Virus record (IMG/VR): IMGVR_UViG_3300008255_000032
Span: 1-43,734 of that record
DNA from: a virus
Lineage: Duplodnaviria; Caudoviricetes
DNA: 43,734 bases
Reading direction: 5' to 3' (one strand)
Shown one piece after another: positions 27,557-35,439 of this stretch. A model generated the notes under the pieces. That model saw only the letters and a program-made list of their open reading frames with translations, ran no database searches and was not told where the DNA came from. The position numbers and the translations under genes were made by a program. How positions within the stretch are numbered: position 1 is the first letter of the stretch; each line of letters opens with the position of its first letter.

Positions 27557-27786
27557 TATTTCTTCGCTTTCTTTTTAACTTTAGCTGATTCTTTTTTGCC
27601 CCATTCAACGGTGAATGTGCGTTGTGAACGAACTGTCGATTGCAGTAGTTTACCGCCACACGCACAAACTCGTTTATCGGTCAAATTATTGAACGGAGTC
27701 CATTCAAAGCAGGTGTCGCACATGCCGATGAGTTTTGGTCGCTCTTCGGCTGTCGTATGGTCCATTTCGTCAGTAGTCGGAATCAT
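27556..27786 (-). CDS. Small zinc-ribbon protein
   Basis: CDTC...CACGG; GGAGG RBS. Confidence 0.65.
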   Translation of the reverse strand: MIPTTDEMDHTTAEERPKLIGMCDTCFEWTPFNNLTDKRVCACGGKLLQSTVRSQRTFTVEWGKKESAKVKKKAKK

Positions 27787-28628
27787 TCGGGGACCTCCAA
27801 TTTAGAATCTATCATATTCATCGGCCGAGGGTAGTTCAATTTCTTCGTGAATCGTGACTTCCGAAGCTGCAGTTCAATTTGATTTATCGGCTTAGCCTCT
27901 GAAATCTCTATAACTTTGGTGGCTGCCTGAGCGATTGAGCCCGAGCCCACAATTTTATCCATACCTTTTGAACTGCTAGCCTTATTAACGTGACTCACTA
28001 GAATTATAGTTTTCTTGGTTTTTTTAATGAGCTGATTGAGCTTCTGCATGAACACTCGCTGCGCGATATATTCATTTTCACCTTTGGCCATTTCTGCATT
28101 TTCAAATGCAAATTGCAAATGGTCAAGCAGTATAAGTTCAATTCCTTCAGAAAACCAGACCTCAATATACTCGAGCAAATCGTGGAGCCCCCAAGATTTT
28201 GTGAGCTCGTCTTCTGGTAAGCAACGCACATTCTTAGTAGCGTTCATTTTGGCGTATTGTTTCGGGGTTAGAATATGGCTCATGCGGTTGCTCACGTCGG
28301 CCATATCATCTTCCAACACCAGCAATCCTACTTGCTTCCCCTGAATGATTGCAGGAGCCATGAAATTCAAAGCCACTGTCGATTTACCAACGCCAGTCGG
28401 TCCGTATAGCAACACAATTTCATAGCCGTCTGGTCGGCCAAATCCACCAAATAAGTAGTGGTCAATGGCTGGCGAGCCCGTACTGTATAAATCGGTCCGA
28501 CCCCACGTTTTACTAAGCTCCTGGGCTTGCTTGTAAAAGTCGCCAATATAGACCTGTTGCTTACTAAAGCCCACTTTGCTCTCGTTTCTCTCGCTTTGCA
28601 CGTTGAGCTTCTTCGCGACGCATATCAA
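27783..28628 (-). CDS. DnaB/RecA-family replicative helicase, ATPase domain only; start uncertain
   Basis: GPTGVGKST Walker A, LED, ILLDHLQ Walker B, LVSH, GSGSIAQ, KSR arginine finger. Confidence 0.85.
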   Translation of the reverse strand: MICVAKKLNVQSERNESKVGFSKQQVYIGDFYKQAQELSKTWGRTDLYSTGSPAIDHYLFGGFGRPDGYEIVLLYGPTGVGKSTVALNFMAPAIIQGKQVGLLVLEDDMADVSNRMSHILTPKQYAKMNATKNVRCLPEDELTKSWGLHDLLEYIEVWFSEGIELILLDHLQFAFENAEMAKGENEYIAQRVFMQKLNQLIKKTKKTIILVSHVNKASSSKGMDKIVGSGSIAQAATKVIEISEAKPINQIELQLRKSRFTKKLNYPRPMNMIDSKLEVPE

Positions 28629-29469
28629 TTGCTTGTAGCTCTTCGGTATTTTGAGGTGTTAGTAACACCCCTCGGAAATAATGGTCGCTTTCATCGTCGC
28701 TTTCTGTGAATTCTGCTTCGCCTTTTGGCCAGGCTGCGGGGAAGTATTTGCTACCTTCTAGGAATGGGTCAACAACCATATTGTTAGCCTGTTTCGCCAT
28801 CGGTATATCGACACGCTGAGCGTACCATTTACCAAATTTGGATGGCGCAATCAGATTGTCGATAGACATCTGCTTATTCTTTTTATGCCACTCAGATTTT
28901 GAAAAGGCTGTTGCCGATTGTAGTATTTCCTCTTCAGTATAATCACCGAGTCGGCCATTCAACACTCGTAGGCGCTCAGCTGTCATCTTCTCTTTAGGGT
29001 TGACTATTTCAATCAGCTGCGGGAGGAGGGCGCGAGCGCGGGCGGTCGAGGCGGGGCCGAGTTCGGAACCAATATCCGCACCAAAAGAAAAAGAATCGGG
29101 TTTAGTTGTTTCTTTAGTTTCTTTATTAATAGAAATGGACATTTTGTCCGAATCCTTGGAAGTGGACATTTTGGCCGAAAGGAAACGGACAATTTGGTAA
29201 TGGCATAACGGAGTGCCTTCTACTTTTTTGATTTTCGTCGCCAGCCAGCCGTGTTGCTCGAGCCTATCGATGTGCCGACGGATAGTGCGCTCTGAAAACA
29301 TCGGGAAGCGTTTTTCCATTTGTTCGTGGCTTCGGTAAAAGAATCCTGTACCGAAAACTTTTTGAGCATATACGAGGTCGTCGTATATCATCGCAGCGCC
29401 AACGCTACCAGTTTCAACAGCGATGCCAACATTGAAACTTCGTTGCTGGCTATAGTCTAAATCTGACAT
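28564..29469 (-). CDS. Replication initiator (N-terminal winged HTH, lambda O-like organisation)
   Basis: SERTIRRHIDRLEQHGWL HTH; internal DNA repeats; directly upstream of helicase. Confidence 0.75.
   Translation of the reverse strand: MSDLDYSQQRSFNVGIAVETGSVGAAMIYDDLVYAQKVFGTGFFYRSHEQMEKRFPMFSERTIRRHIDRLEQHGWLATKIKKVEGTPLCHYQIVRFLSAKMSTSKDSDKMSISINKETKETTKPDSFSFGADIGSELGPASTARARALLPQLIEIVNPKEKMTAERLRVLNGRLGDYTEEEILQSATAFSKSEWHKKNKQMSIDNLIAPSKFGKWYAQRVDIPMAKQANNMVVDPFLEGSKYFPAAWPKGEAEFTESDDESDHYFRGVLLTPQNTEELQAIDMRREEAQRAKREKREQSGL
29085..29197. promoter_or_regulatory. Putative replication origin: iterons plus AT-rich tract inside the initiator gene
   Basis: TGGACATTTTGTCCGAA (29136), TGGACATTTTGGCCGAA (29163), CGGACAATTTGG (29186), next to AT-rich 29101-29135. 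Confidence 0.65.
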
Positions 29470-29493
29470 TGATTTTTACCCTCTCTTATGCTA

Positions 29494-29522
29494 TTGACAA
29501 CAACAGGGGAGCTTGATACGAT
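29494..29522 (+). promoter_or_regulatory. Antisense promoter facing the initiator leader
   Basis: TTGACA-17-TACGAT with extended TG. Confidence 0.7.
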
Positions 29523-29528
29523 AGTCTT

Positions 29529-29572
29529 AATTCGACTTCGTAAAAGCCCTTGTTCCAGCAAGGAGCTTTTTA
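29529..29572 (+). ncRNA. Candidate ~45-nt counter-transcript RNA
   Basis: Bounded by the promoter above and the AAAAGCCCTTG-TTCCAG-CAAGGAGCTTTTT terminator. Confidence 0.55.
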
Positions 29573-29750
29573 ATTTTAGGAGTTTGATATTCGACTTCAA
29601 ACTTGTTCCCATCATACCCTCATTCCGCTTCATTTTACAATACCCCGTATATAGCGTTTATAAACCATTTCATCACACTAGGCGGTCCAAATAACAGTAG
29701 CAGTGCAAATGTATCAGTGCTGAAAACTATCGTCCAAAATACAACACTTG

Positions 29751-29888
29751 TTACATTGTGAATGCGCGAATTATGCCGTATAGACAGAGCCATATTAGTA
29801 CCACCCCCACTATCATCCCGAAAGCCCAAAGACCCCCGATTATTATTTCCGCTATCATTGTGAATAATCCTTTTAAAAACCTACGCAT
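29751..29888 (-). CDS. 45-aa membrane peptide (MRRFLKGLFTMIAEIIIGGLWAFGMIVGVVLIWLCLYGIIRAFTM)
   Basis: Hydrophobic ORF overlapping previous stop; below ORF-track cutoff. Confidence 0.55.
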   Translation of the reverse strand: MRRFLKGLFTMIAEIIIGGLWAFGMIVGVVLIWLCLYGIIRAFTM

Positions 29889-30228
29889 TGCTCTCTATCC
29901 TCCTTTGCAAACCTTGAGCGGTTTCTTTTGGTGCGACCTGTTCGATTTCGAAGCCTTTCAATCTCCGTTTACGACCAACTTCAGGCGACGGCAAAAATTG
30001 GCCATTTTCCTGCATCTTGCGACGGGCTCGGCTAATGCTCTCGTAATTTATTGAGCGGATTATATCCATCTGGATTGCCGATAACCCACAGCCCATGTGT
30101 CGCTGTAAAAATTGAATGTACAATTCGGTATCACTATCGCGGGGCGCGACTCCGCTCATTTTTGAGACTGAGTTTTCGTCCAGGAGTTTTTCAACTACCA
30201 CGAACGTCTTAGTTTTTTGAGCTGCCAT
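29881..30228 (-). CDS. Hypothetical protein, possible HTH DNA binder
   Basis: ESISRARRKMQENG helix; GGAG RBS. Confidence 0.65.
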   Translation of the reverse strand: MAAQKTKTFVVVEKLLDENSVSKMSGVAPRDSDTELYIQFLQRHMGCGLSAIQMDIIRSINYESISRARRKMQENGQFLPSPEVGRKRRLKGFEIEQVAPKETAQGLQRRIESNA

Positions 30229-30229
30229 T

Positions 30230-30460
30230 TTACCACTCCTGTTCTTCTGTTATGTGCTTCATTTTAAGGATTCCGTTAACGACGCGGGCATAGACGTAGA
30301 TTTTTAGCTCGTCGCCAAAAAGCTCATCCATAATGTCTTCGGGCATCGGTAGCATTGCTACATTTTCTTTGCCCTCGGTGTAGGCCATTATTGTTGGAAA
30401 TTCTTCATTACTGACTATAGGTCGTTGCAATTTCCAAATCTTATATCTGCTAAAAATCAT
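30230..30460 (-). CDS. Hypothetical protein
   Basis: ATGA coupled to helicase, AGGAG RBS. Confidence 0.7.
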   Translation of the reverse strand: MIFSRYKIWKLQRPIVSNEEFPTIMAYTEGKENVAMLPMPEDIMDELFGDELKIYVYARVVNGILKMKHITEEQEW

Positions 30461-31695
30461 CGTTTCACTCCTTTCGGTTTAACTTTAAAACTATACAGCT
30501 CGACATTATCCATGCGACCAATTTCAGTGTGGACCTCATCGCGGAATCCGTTCGGCTCTTTTTGGACCCGAATTGTCTCCACTCGGCCAAGGCGCTCGAC
30601 TATACCCACCATGTCGTAGACCTTCAAAACTTTCTCTGGGTTGTCTGGGTCGAGGCGTACACCACGGCCGATGATTTGGTAGTATAGCGCAAGCGACATC
30701 GTTGGACGTGCCATCACGATACAATCGAGCGCGGGTGCATCGAATCCAGTTGTCAGCACTCCCATATTGACCAGGTGTTTGACTCGGCCAGTTTGGAAGG
30801 CTTTTAGGATTCTCTCCCGCTCGTCTAGTGGGGTTTTGCCCGTCACTAATTCCATACTGATACCGCGGTCGGCTGCTTGCTTTTTTACTTTGGTAGCCTG
30901 AGCGATTGACGTACAGAATACCAACGTCCGAGCATTATTTTCACGTGAAAATGCTACTGCATCCACTATTCTATCGATTCGGCTTGGTTTGGTGCTGTAC
31001 TGCTCGAGGCTCAAAGCCGTGAAGTCCGCACCCGTGCTGTTGACCTTCAATTCGTTCCAGTCGTCATTGCGCTCCAAAAAATACTGAATCGGTGACAAAT
31101 AACCTTGCTCTATCAAATCTCCCGTTTCGATTTTGTATAAAATCTTTCGGAAAAATGGAGAGCGTGAAATGCGATTTATCATTTTTAGGCTTGCATTTGC
31201 ATACAAATTGCCGTAGCGGTCCCGCGTCCATAATGTGTCGATTCGGTATGGTGTGGCCGTCAGTCCGCAAACATGTTTACAGTCGATAGCTTTCAAAAAT
31301 CTGGTGAGCATCCCATCTAAGTTTTTTGGGTTGACTCCGTGGCACTCGTCGATAATGACATATTTGAAATGGGCGAACTCTGCGGGCTTTTTGTAAATGC
31401 TGCCAATGGTCGCAAATGTGAATTTGGCAATCTCTTTGCGTCCCTTGCTGGCGCTATAAATGCCCGCATCAATGGTCTGGTCATAGCTCAAGAGCTTCAA
31501 ATAATTCTGCTCCAAAATCTCTTTCGATGGCTGGAGTATCAAAATTGGCTCATTGATTTTGTGGCATATATCCGCAATGATGAGCGATTTACCCGCTCCC
31601 GTTGCTGCCTGAATGATGAAAGGGTGCTTCTCATCCTTAAAACCCTTGATGGCTATTGCCACCGCCTCGGTCTGGTAATCTCGTAATTTAAACAT
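30457..31695 (-). CDS. Superfamily 2 DExH helicase (RadD/YejH-like)
   Basis: LRDYQ, ATGAGKS, DECH, TATP, LTTGFDAP, QIIGRGVR. Confidence 0.93.
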   Translation of the reverse strand: MFKLRDYQTEAVAIAIKGFKDEKHPFIIQAATGAGKSLIIADICHKINEPILILQPSKEILEQNYLKLLSYDQTIDAGIYSASKGRKEIAKFTFATIGSIYKKPAEFAHFKYVIIDECHGVNPKNLDGMLTRFLKAIDCKHVCGLTATPYRIDTLWTRDRYGNLYANASLKMINRISRSPFFRKILYKIETGDLIEQGYLSPIQYFLERNDDWNELKVNSTGADFTALSLEQYSTKPSRIDRIVDAVAFSRENNARTLVFCTSIAQATKVKKQAADRGISMELVTGKTPLDERERILKAFQTGRVKHLVNMGVLTTGFDAPALDCIVMARPTMSLALYYQIIGRGVRLDPDNPEKVLKVYDMVGIVERLGRVETIRVQKEPNGFRDEVHTEIGRMDNVELYSFKVKPKGVKR

Positions 31696-32101
31696 TGGGT
31701 GAATTCCTTCTCATTAGCTCCGCGCGGTCAATAACTTCGAAATTTTCAACTCGCATATCATCGGGATTTCCATTTTTGACCCATAAAACTGAATTTGCTG
31801 GTCTATCTTCAGAGTTATCAACTTCCCACAGATACCATTTGTAACTGTTGTGCGGTTTTCTCTTTCCGCGCCAGTCGATATTGATAGTGTAGACAATTTC
31901 TCGTCTTCCATTTTTGGTGCGTTCGTAACGGGTGATTGTCCCCTCGGGATTAGCGGTCGCGGGTGTTTGGCCAGGCTTGAAACTGGTGGCATTTGCGCCC
32001 ATATATCCAGTTTTGCCTTTGTTCCAGGGTTCTTGGCCGATTTTGAATCGGGTTCTAACTCCATCCGTGCCGTCGGCAAATTGGCCTTTAGCGTTCCTCA
32101 T
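31688..32101 (-). CDS. HNH-family protein, probably catalytically degenerate
   Basis: TRFK.G..PWNKG and TSFKPG repeats; C-terminal NGN...EN....R.E...RN lacks the catalytic His. Confidence 0.6.
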   Translation of the reverse strand: MRNAKGQFADGTDGVRTRFKIGQEPWNKGKTGYMGANATSFKPGQTPATANPEGTITRYERTKNGRREIVYTINIDWRGKRKPHNSYKWYLWEVDNSEDRPANSVLWVKNGNPDDMRVENFEVIDRAELMRRNSPNV

Positions 32102-32498
32102 ACGGTGTCTCCCTTACTGCTACCATAGCCTTGAGACATATCTCTGCGCTGAAATTTCCAATATGGCACTCTTCGGCCGACATCCCCATAATTTTTTGTA
32201 GGTAGGCATAAACCTGACCCCGCGCCTTGCGCCTAGATGTATAGCTCTGATTTTGCCATAGCGGGTCAATGATTGCGTGTAATTTCATGCGCATCGCCTT
32301 TGTTTGAGCGTCTGGGATGTTTCCGAGTGGCTTCCCATTCGGGTGCACTCCGACGCTACCACGGCAAGCCGATGGCTTTTCGAAAAACCTGTCGCAGATG
32401 TAGGCAAATCCGATGCCGTACTTTTTGCCATATAGTTTTTCATTACCGTGAAGGTGCGCAGGGCTGCCACAAAAGCAAGTGACTGGATATTCTTTCAT
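32088..32498 (-). CDS. DUF3268-like zinc-finger protein (start taken at MKEYPV)
   Basis: CFCG, YIC..C...VGVH..PLG, R.KLH..IDPLW, CHIG.F...C. Confidence 0.78.
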   Translation of the reverse strand: MKEYPVTCFCGSPAHLHGNEKLYGKKYGIGFAYICDRFFEKPSACRGSVGVHPNGKPLGNIPDAQTKAMRMKLHAIIDPLWQNQSYTSRRKARGQVYAYLQKIMGMSAEECHIGNFSAEICLKAMVAVRETPYEER

Positions 32499-32644
32499 AG
32501 TGTTTTCTCTGCCTGTTTCATTTGAGACGGTGACAATTTGAGGTGCATCATGTTCATGTGCTTGCTGAGCCCCGCCAATGTCTTGCAGACTTTGGGGCAC
32601 TCAGGGCACTTTGTTCCGTCTAGTTTTTTGATGGTTGTCTTCAT
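32495..32644 (-). CDS. 49-aa C2H2 zinc-finger protein absent from the ORF track
   Basis: MKTTIKKLDGTKCPECPKVCKTLAGLSKHMNMMH...; TAAGGAG RBS; ATGA coupling to next gene. Confidence 0.75.
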   Translation of the reverse strand: MKTTIKKLDGTKCPECPKVCKTLAGLSKHMNMMHLKLSPSQMKQAEKTL

Positions 32645-32702
32645 GTCAAAATCTCCTTAATTGCTAAATATAATATCCAAATTCCGCTGCCTAAGCATAT
32701 CC

Positions 32703-32741
32703 ACTCCCAAGCAAGTCCGAAGACTTGCAAGGGGGTTTTTC
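32703..32741 (-). promoter_or_regulatory. Intergenic cUUCGg stem-loop (processing/stabilizer or terminator)
   Basis: GCAAGTC-TTCG-GACTTGC core extended by flanking CCC/GGG pairs. Confidence 0.6.
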
Positions 32742-32756
32742 GTCTATTCTGCTTCA

Positions 32757-32963
32757 TTAGAAATGTGCTTCATTCTTGTCTGCGCTCCGAGCAAATTCGA
32801 GGTGTGTCCCACGAAATTTGATGCCGTACCCTGCATGGTTTTTATTGGCGAACCACCATTCAAGGTTTTTTGTTTCGTTCTCTTGTAACAGGTAGCCGTT
32901 GGCCTCATCTTTGCGGATGAATGTATATCCCGCCTCTTTGAGTGTTTCGTATTTTTGGTCCAT
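32757..32963 (-). CDS. Small early hypothetical protein
   Basis: GAGGTG RBS, coupled start. Confidence 0.7.
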   Translation of the reverse strand: MDQKYETLKEAGYTFIRKDEANGYLLQENETKNLEWWFANKNHAGYGIKFRGTHLEFARSADKNEAHF

Positions 32964-33334
32964 TATGCTTTCACCTCTTCAATGTTAAATGTTCGACAGA
33001 TTTCGTTAATTATCCAGCCGTCGGGCTCGTCTCCGCTATTCAAATCTGACTGCCATACTTCGGCAATAATTGAATCTAAACTGTGGTAATTCCAGTCGAT
33101 TGCGTCTCCGTAGCCGTCAACGATTGCGATGACTTTGGCACGGTCCGCGCCTTTGGCCATTAGTTTGACTGTGAGTGTCCCCGCATCTGTTTCGCTGTAA
33201 TTCTGTTCAATTACTTCGTGAGTCTTAGGGGTAACGATTGCGATGATTGCGCTATTAAGCTCTTTTTTTGCATCTTCGAGGGTGTATAGCTTATCTGATA
33301 TGCTACCGCCCGCGGTCATTAGTCGATATTTCAT
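32963..33334 (-). CDS. Early hypothetical protein
   Basis: GGAG RBS, 123 aa. Confidence 0.7.
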   Translation of the reverse strand: MKYRLMTAGGSISDKLYTLEDAKKELNSAIIAIVTPKTHEVIEQNYSETDAGTLTVKLMAKGADRAKVIAIVDGYGDAIDWNYHSLDSIIAEVWQSDLNSGDEPDGWIINEICRTFNIEEVKA

Positions 33335-33336
33335 TT

Positions 33337-33654
33337 TTATTCGTCTCCCTTTGGTCCGAACTCTAATTCGACGTGACTCCAGGCTGTGCCGTAATGAGTA
33401 ACGCCCCAGACATACTCGTCTATAACTTCGCTGTAAAATATCAGCTCGTCAGAGTTGCGCATGATGTACTCCGCGTCGCTCTGGTCGATTAGATACCACT
33501 GGTATATTTCTTTCATTTCTTCGCCGTCTTCGTCTTCGTACAGGCTGCCATTTTGCAGCGTATCGAACCAATTTTCGTCTAGCTCTGGGAATTTGTTGAA
33601 CAGTTTGCAAGCGTTGAGACGCTTCGCGAGTGTTTCATAAGTGATAGTTTCCAT
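33337..33654 (-). CDS. Very acidic early protein (DNA-mimic / anti-defence candidate)
   Basis: Asp/Glu-rich, EIYQWYLID...YVWGVTHYGTAW; TAAGGA RBS. Confidence 0.7.
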   Translation of the reverse strand: METITYETLAKRLNACKLFNKFPELDENWFDTLQNGSLYEDEDGEEMKEIYQWYLIDQSDAEYIMRNSDELIFYSEVIDEYVWGVTHYGTAWSHVELEFGPKGDE

Positions 33655-33678
33655 GATGTTTTTTCCTTATCTCCGCTA

Positions 33679-33762
33679 CTAGCGGGCGAGTGTATTAAAT
33701 TTGTGCTTGATTACCTCTAGTAATATATGAGCCCAAGAGGTGCGGGCGGTGATTAGTTCCAT
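33679..33762 (-). CDS. Possible 27-aa peptide (MELITARTSWAHILLEVIKHKFNTLAR)
   Basis: AAGGGG RBS-like element; fills the gap. Confidence 0.35.
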   Translation of the reverse strand: MELITARTSWAHILLEVIKHKFNTLAR

Positions 33763-33772
33763 TTATTGCCCC

Positions 33773-33901
33773 TTACTTTGTTAATATTGCTATAAATCCG
33801 TACACTGCGAGCGCTGCGGTTGCGACGTTGAACGCCTTCGCCTTGAGCTTGTCGGTGTTGATGAATTTGTAATTGTTTTTGCTGGTGCGTATTGCAAACA
33901 T
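33773..33901 (-). CDS. 42-aa membrane peptide (MFAIRTSKNNYKFINTDKLKAKAFNVATAALAVYGFIAILTK)
   Basis: AGGAG 8 nt before ATG, C-terminal TM; first ORF of the early transcript. Confidence 0.65.
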   Translation of the reverse strand: MFAIRTSKNNYKFINTDKLKAKAFNVATAALAVYGFIAILTK

Positions 33902-33933
33902 TTTGCATACTCCTGTTTATTGTTTTTGTTTTG

Positions 33934-33970
33934 TGGTGCAAGGCGGGGAATTGCTTCCCCCTTGCCTTGC
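33934..33970 (-). ncRNA. tRNA-minihelix-like hairpin ending in ACCA
   Basis: GCAAGGC-AAG-GGGGAA-GCAA-TTCCCC-GCCTTGC-ACCA. Confidence 0.4.
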
Positions 33971-34083
33971 GATATTCCAGCCGATTGATAAGCCCTATTA
34001 GTATTTGACTTGTGGGAGTTGCGCCCAGTTGCTTAATGCTTCGATTGGTTGTTCAGCTTGCGGTGTTGCTTGCTGATGTACTA

Positions 34084-34113
34084 AGAATAGCACGACCATA
34101 GGCGGTATGTCAA
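34084..34113 (-). promoter_or_regulatory. Main leftward early promoter with GCCTATGGT box variant
   Basis: TTGACA-18-TATTCT with extended TG. Confidence 0.75.
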
Positions 34114-34142
34114 TACCTTTTTTAAATAATGTATAAAAACCC

Positions 34143-34171
34143 TTGCATTAACAGAGGTCATGGCGTATAAT
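34143..34171 (+). promoter_or_regulatory. Rightward promoter, divergent from the early promoter
   Basis: TTGCAT-17-TATAAT. Confidence 0.7.
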
Positions 34172-34322
34172 TATAAGTAATGAAATACCGCATAAACCAC
34201 CAAAATAAACAGCTTCACACCTTTACAAATTAGAGACATTGAAAGCATATCGCGCCACAAATCAAGGCGAATAGATATGCACAACGCCATCCAGCCCATC
34301 GCGCCCATGCTACAATTAGAAT

Positions 34323-34703
34323 ATGAAAACAAGAAACAAAAAGACTAGAGCATATCGCAGAATCACCGCGCAAACAGTGGCAAAGCATCGCGCTGCTCAA
34401 CTACTAACAGGCAACAACACCGCAGCCGTTAGAGTAACAGAGCCCGATTTTATCAGTCCAAAGGATAGGGGTTACCGTATAGCGAAGAAAAGCGACTTAA
34501 TGCCAATTAGTCAATACTTGAATGACAGCATGGAACAGATAGCAGCAGACAGTGTAAGGGTACTAAGTAGGCTTGTACACAGTGACGATGAGGCCATAGC
34601 CACGCGTAATGTGCACTACGCTATTGACCAACAGAGGGGCAAGGCTGTTACAAAGTCGATTAGTTTGGTAGGCAAGACGAACATTCAAAGCGTACTAGAT
34701 TAA
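34323..34703 (+). CDS. Putative terminase small subunit
   Basis: Basic N-terminus, helical core ending AIDQQRGKAV; first gene of packaging arm. Confidence 0.5.
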   Translation: MKTRNKKTRAYRRITAQTVAKHRAAQLLTGNNTAAVRVTEPDFISPKDRGYRIAKKSDLMPISQYLNDSMEQIAADSVRVLSRLVHSDDEAIATRNVHYAIDQQRGKAVTKSISLVGKTNIQSVLD

Positions 34704-35246
34704 GTGTGACATCGCCCCTGTTATTTGTAGTGTTTACCCCTTCTTTTTGGTGTATTTATGTCACAGATAACGCATTGTAAGCCCCTCTAAGGCGTTTAAG
34801 TGTGACAAGTGGGCTATTTATGTGTGACACATCCAGCCTATACGTCCGAAAATGTATAATGTGCGCCACATGTCACCCCTGATAGACATGCGACACAAGC
34901 CCCGCCCCTTATGTATACGCTATATATAGCGTGTACCATACACACCATGCATGTGCTTGCTTGCTTGTTTATTTTCTAGGCTTGAGCTTTTTTGTTTGAG
35001 TTATCCAGCCCAGGAAGACGGGGGGTGGGCCCGATATACAGCTGAGCCCTTGCCCTGCTGAGGAATGAATAATGGATGTTACCCCTTGTCATCGCTTGAA
35101 GCTCTATATTTCTACCACTATAAAAATTCTCTATCTATTTTTTCCTCCTATATTTTTTCCCACTATATTTTTTGGGCTATTTAAATTATCTGTCCCATTT
35201 ATCTGTGACATTCCTATTGCTTTTGTCACACTTATTTGTCACACTT
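34702..35246. repeat. Non-coding field of TGTCACA/TGTGACA motifs with G-run and CTATATTT repeats
   Basis: At least seven heptamer copies in both orientations in ~550 bp. Confidence 0.75.
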
Positions 35247-35271
35247 AGAGCATTAACAGTAAGGAGCTAAT

Positions 35272-35439
35272 ATGTTTAAGAAAAATCCAAAAATAGTGTC
35301 GATAACCAGTTGCTCTAGTGGTGACTTTTTATTTGTTTTCGGCCTAGCAAAGAATGGCGCAGTCTATATCTGGAACTCAGCCAATTGCCAATGGCTACCT
35401 CACCAAAATCAACAGCAACCAGCACCAGAGGCTAATTAG
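35272..35439 (+). CDS. 55-aa protein absent from the ORF track (MFKKNPKIVSITSCSSGDFLFVFGLAKNGAVYIWNS...)
   Basis: TAAGGAG RBS; stop abuts ATG at 35440. Confidence 0.7.
   Translation: MFKKNPKIVSITSCSSGDFLFVFGLAKNGAVYIWNSANCQWLPHQNQQQPAPEAN

Noticed and set aside
34180-34274. Short ORF after the rightward promoter that would lengthen with a one-base frameshift
   Set aside because: Only 17 codons as written, no slippery site or homology support
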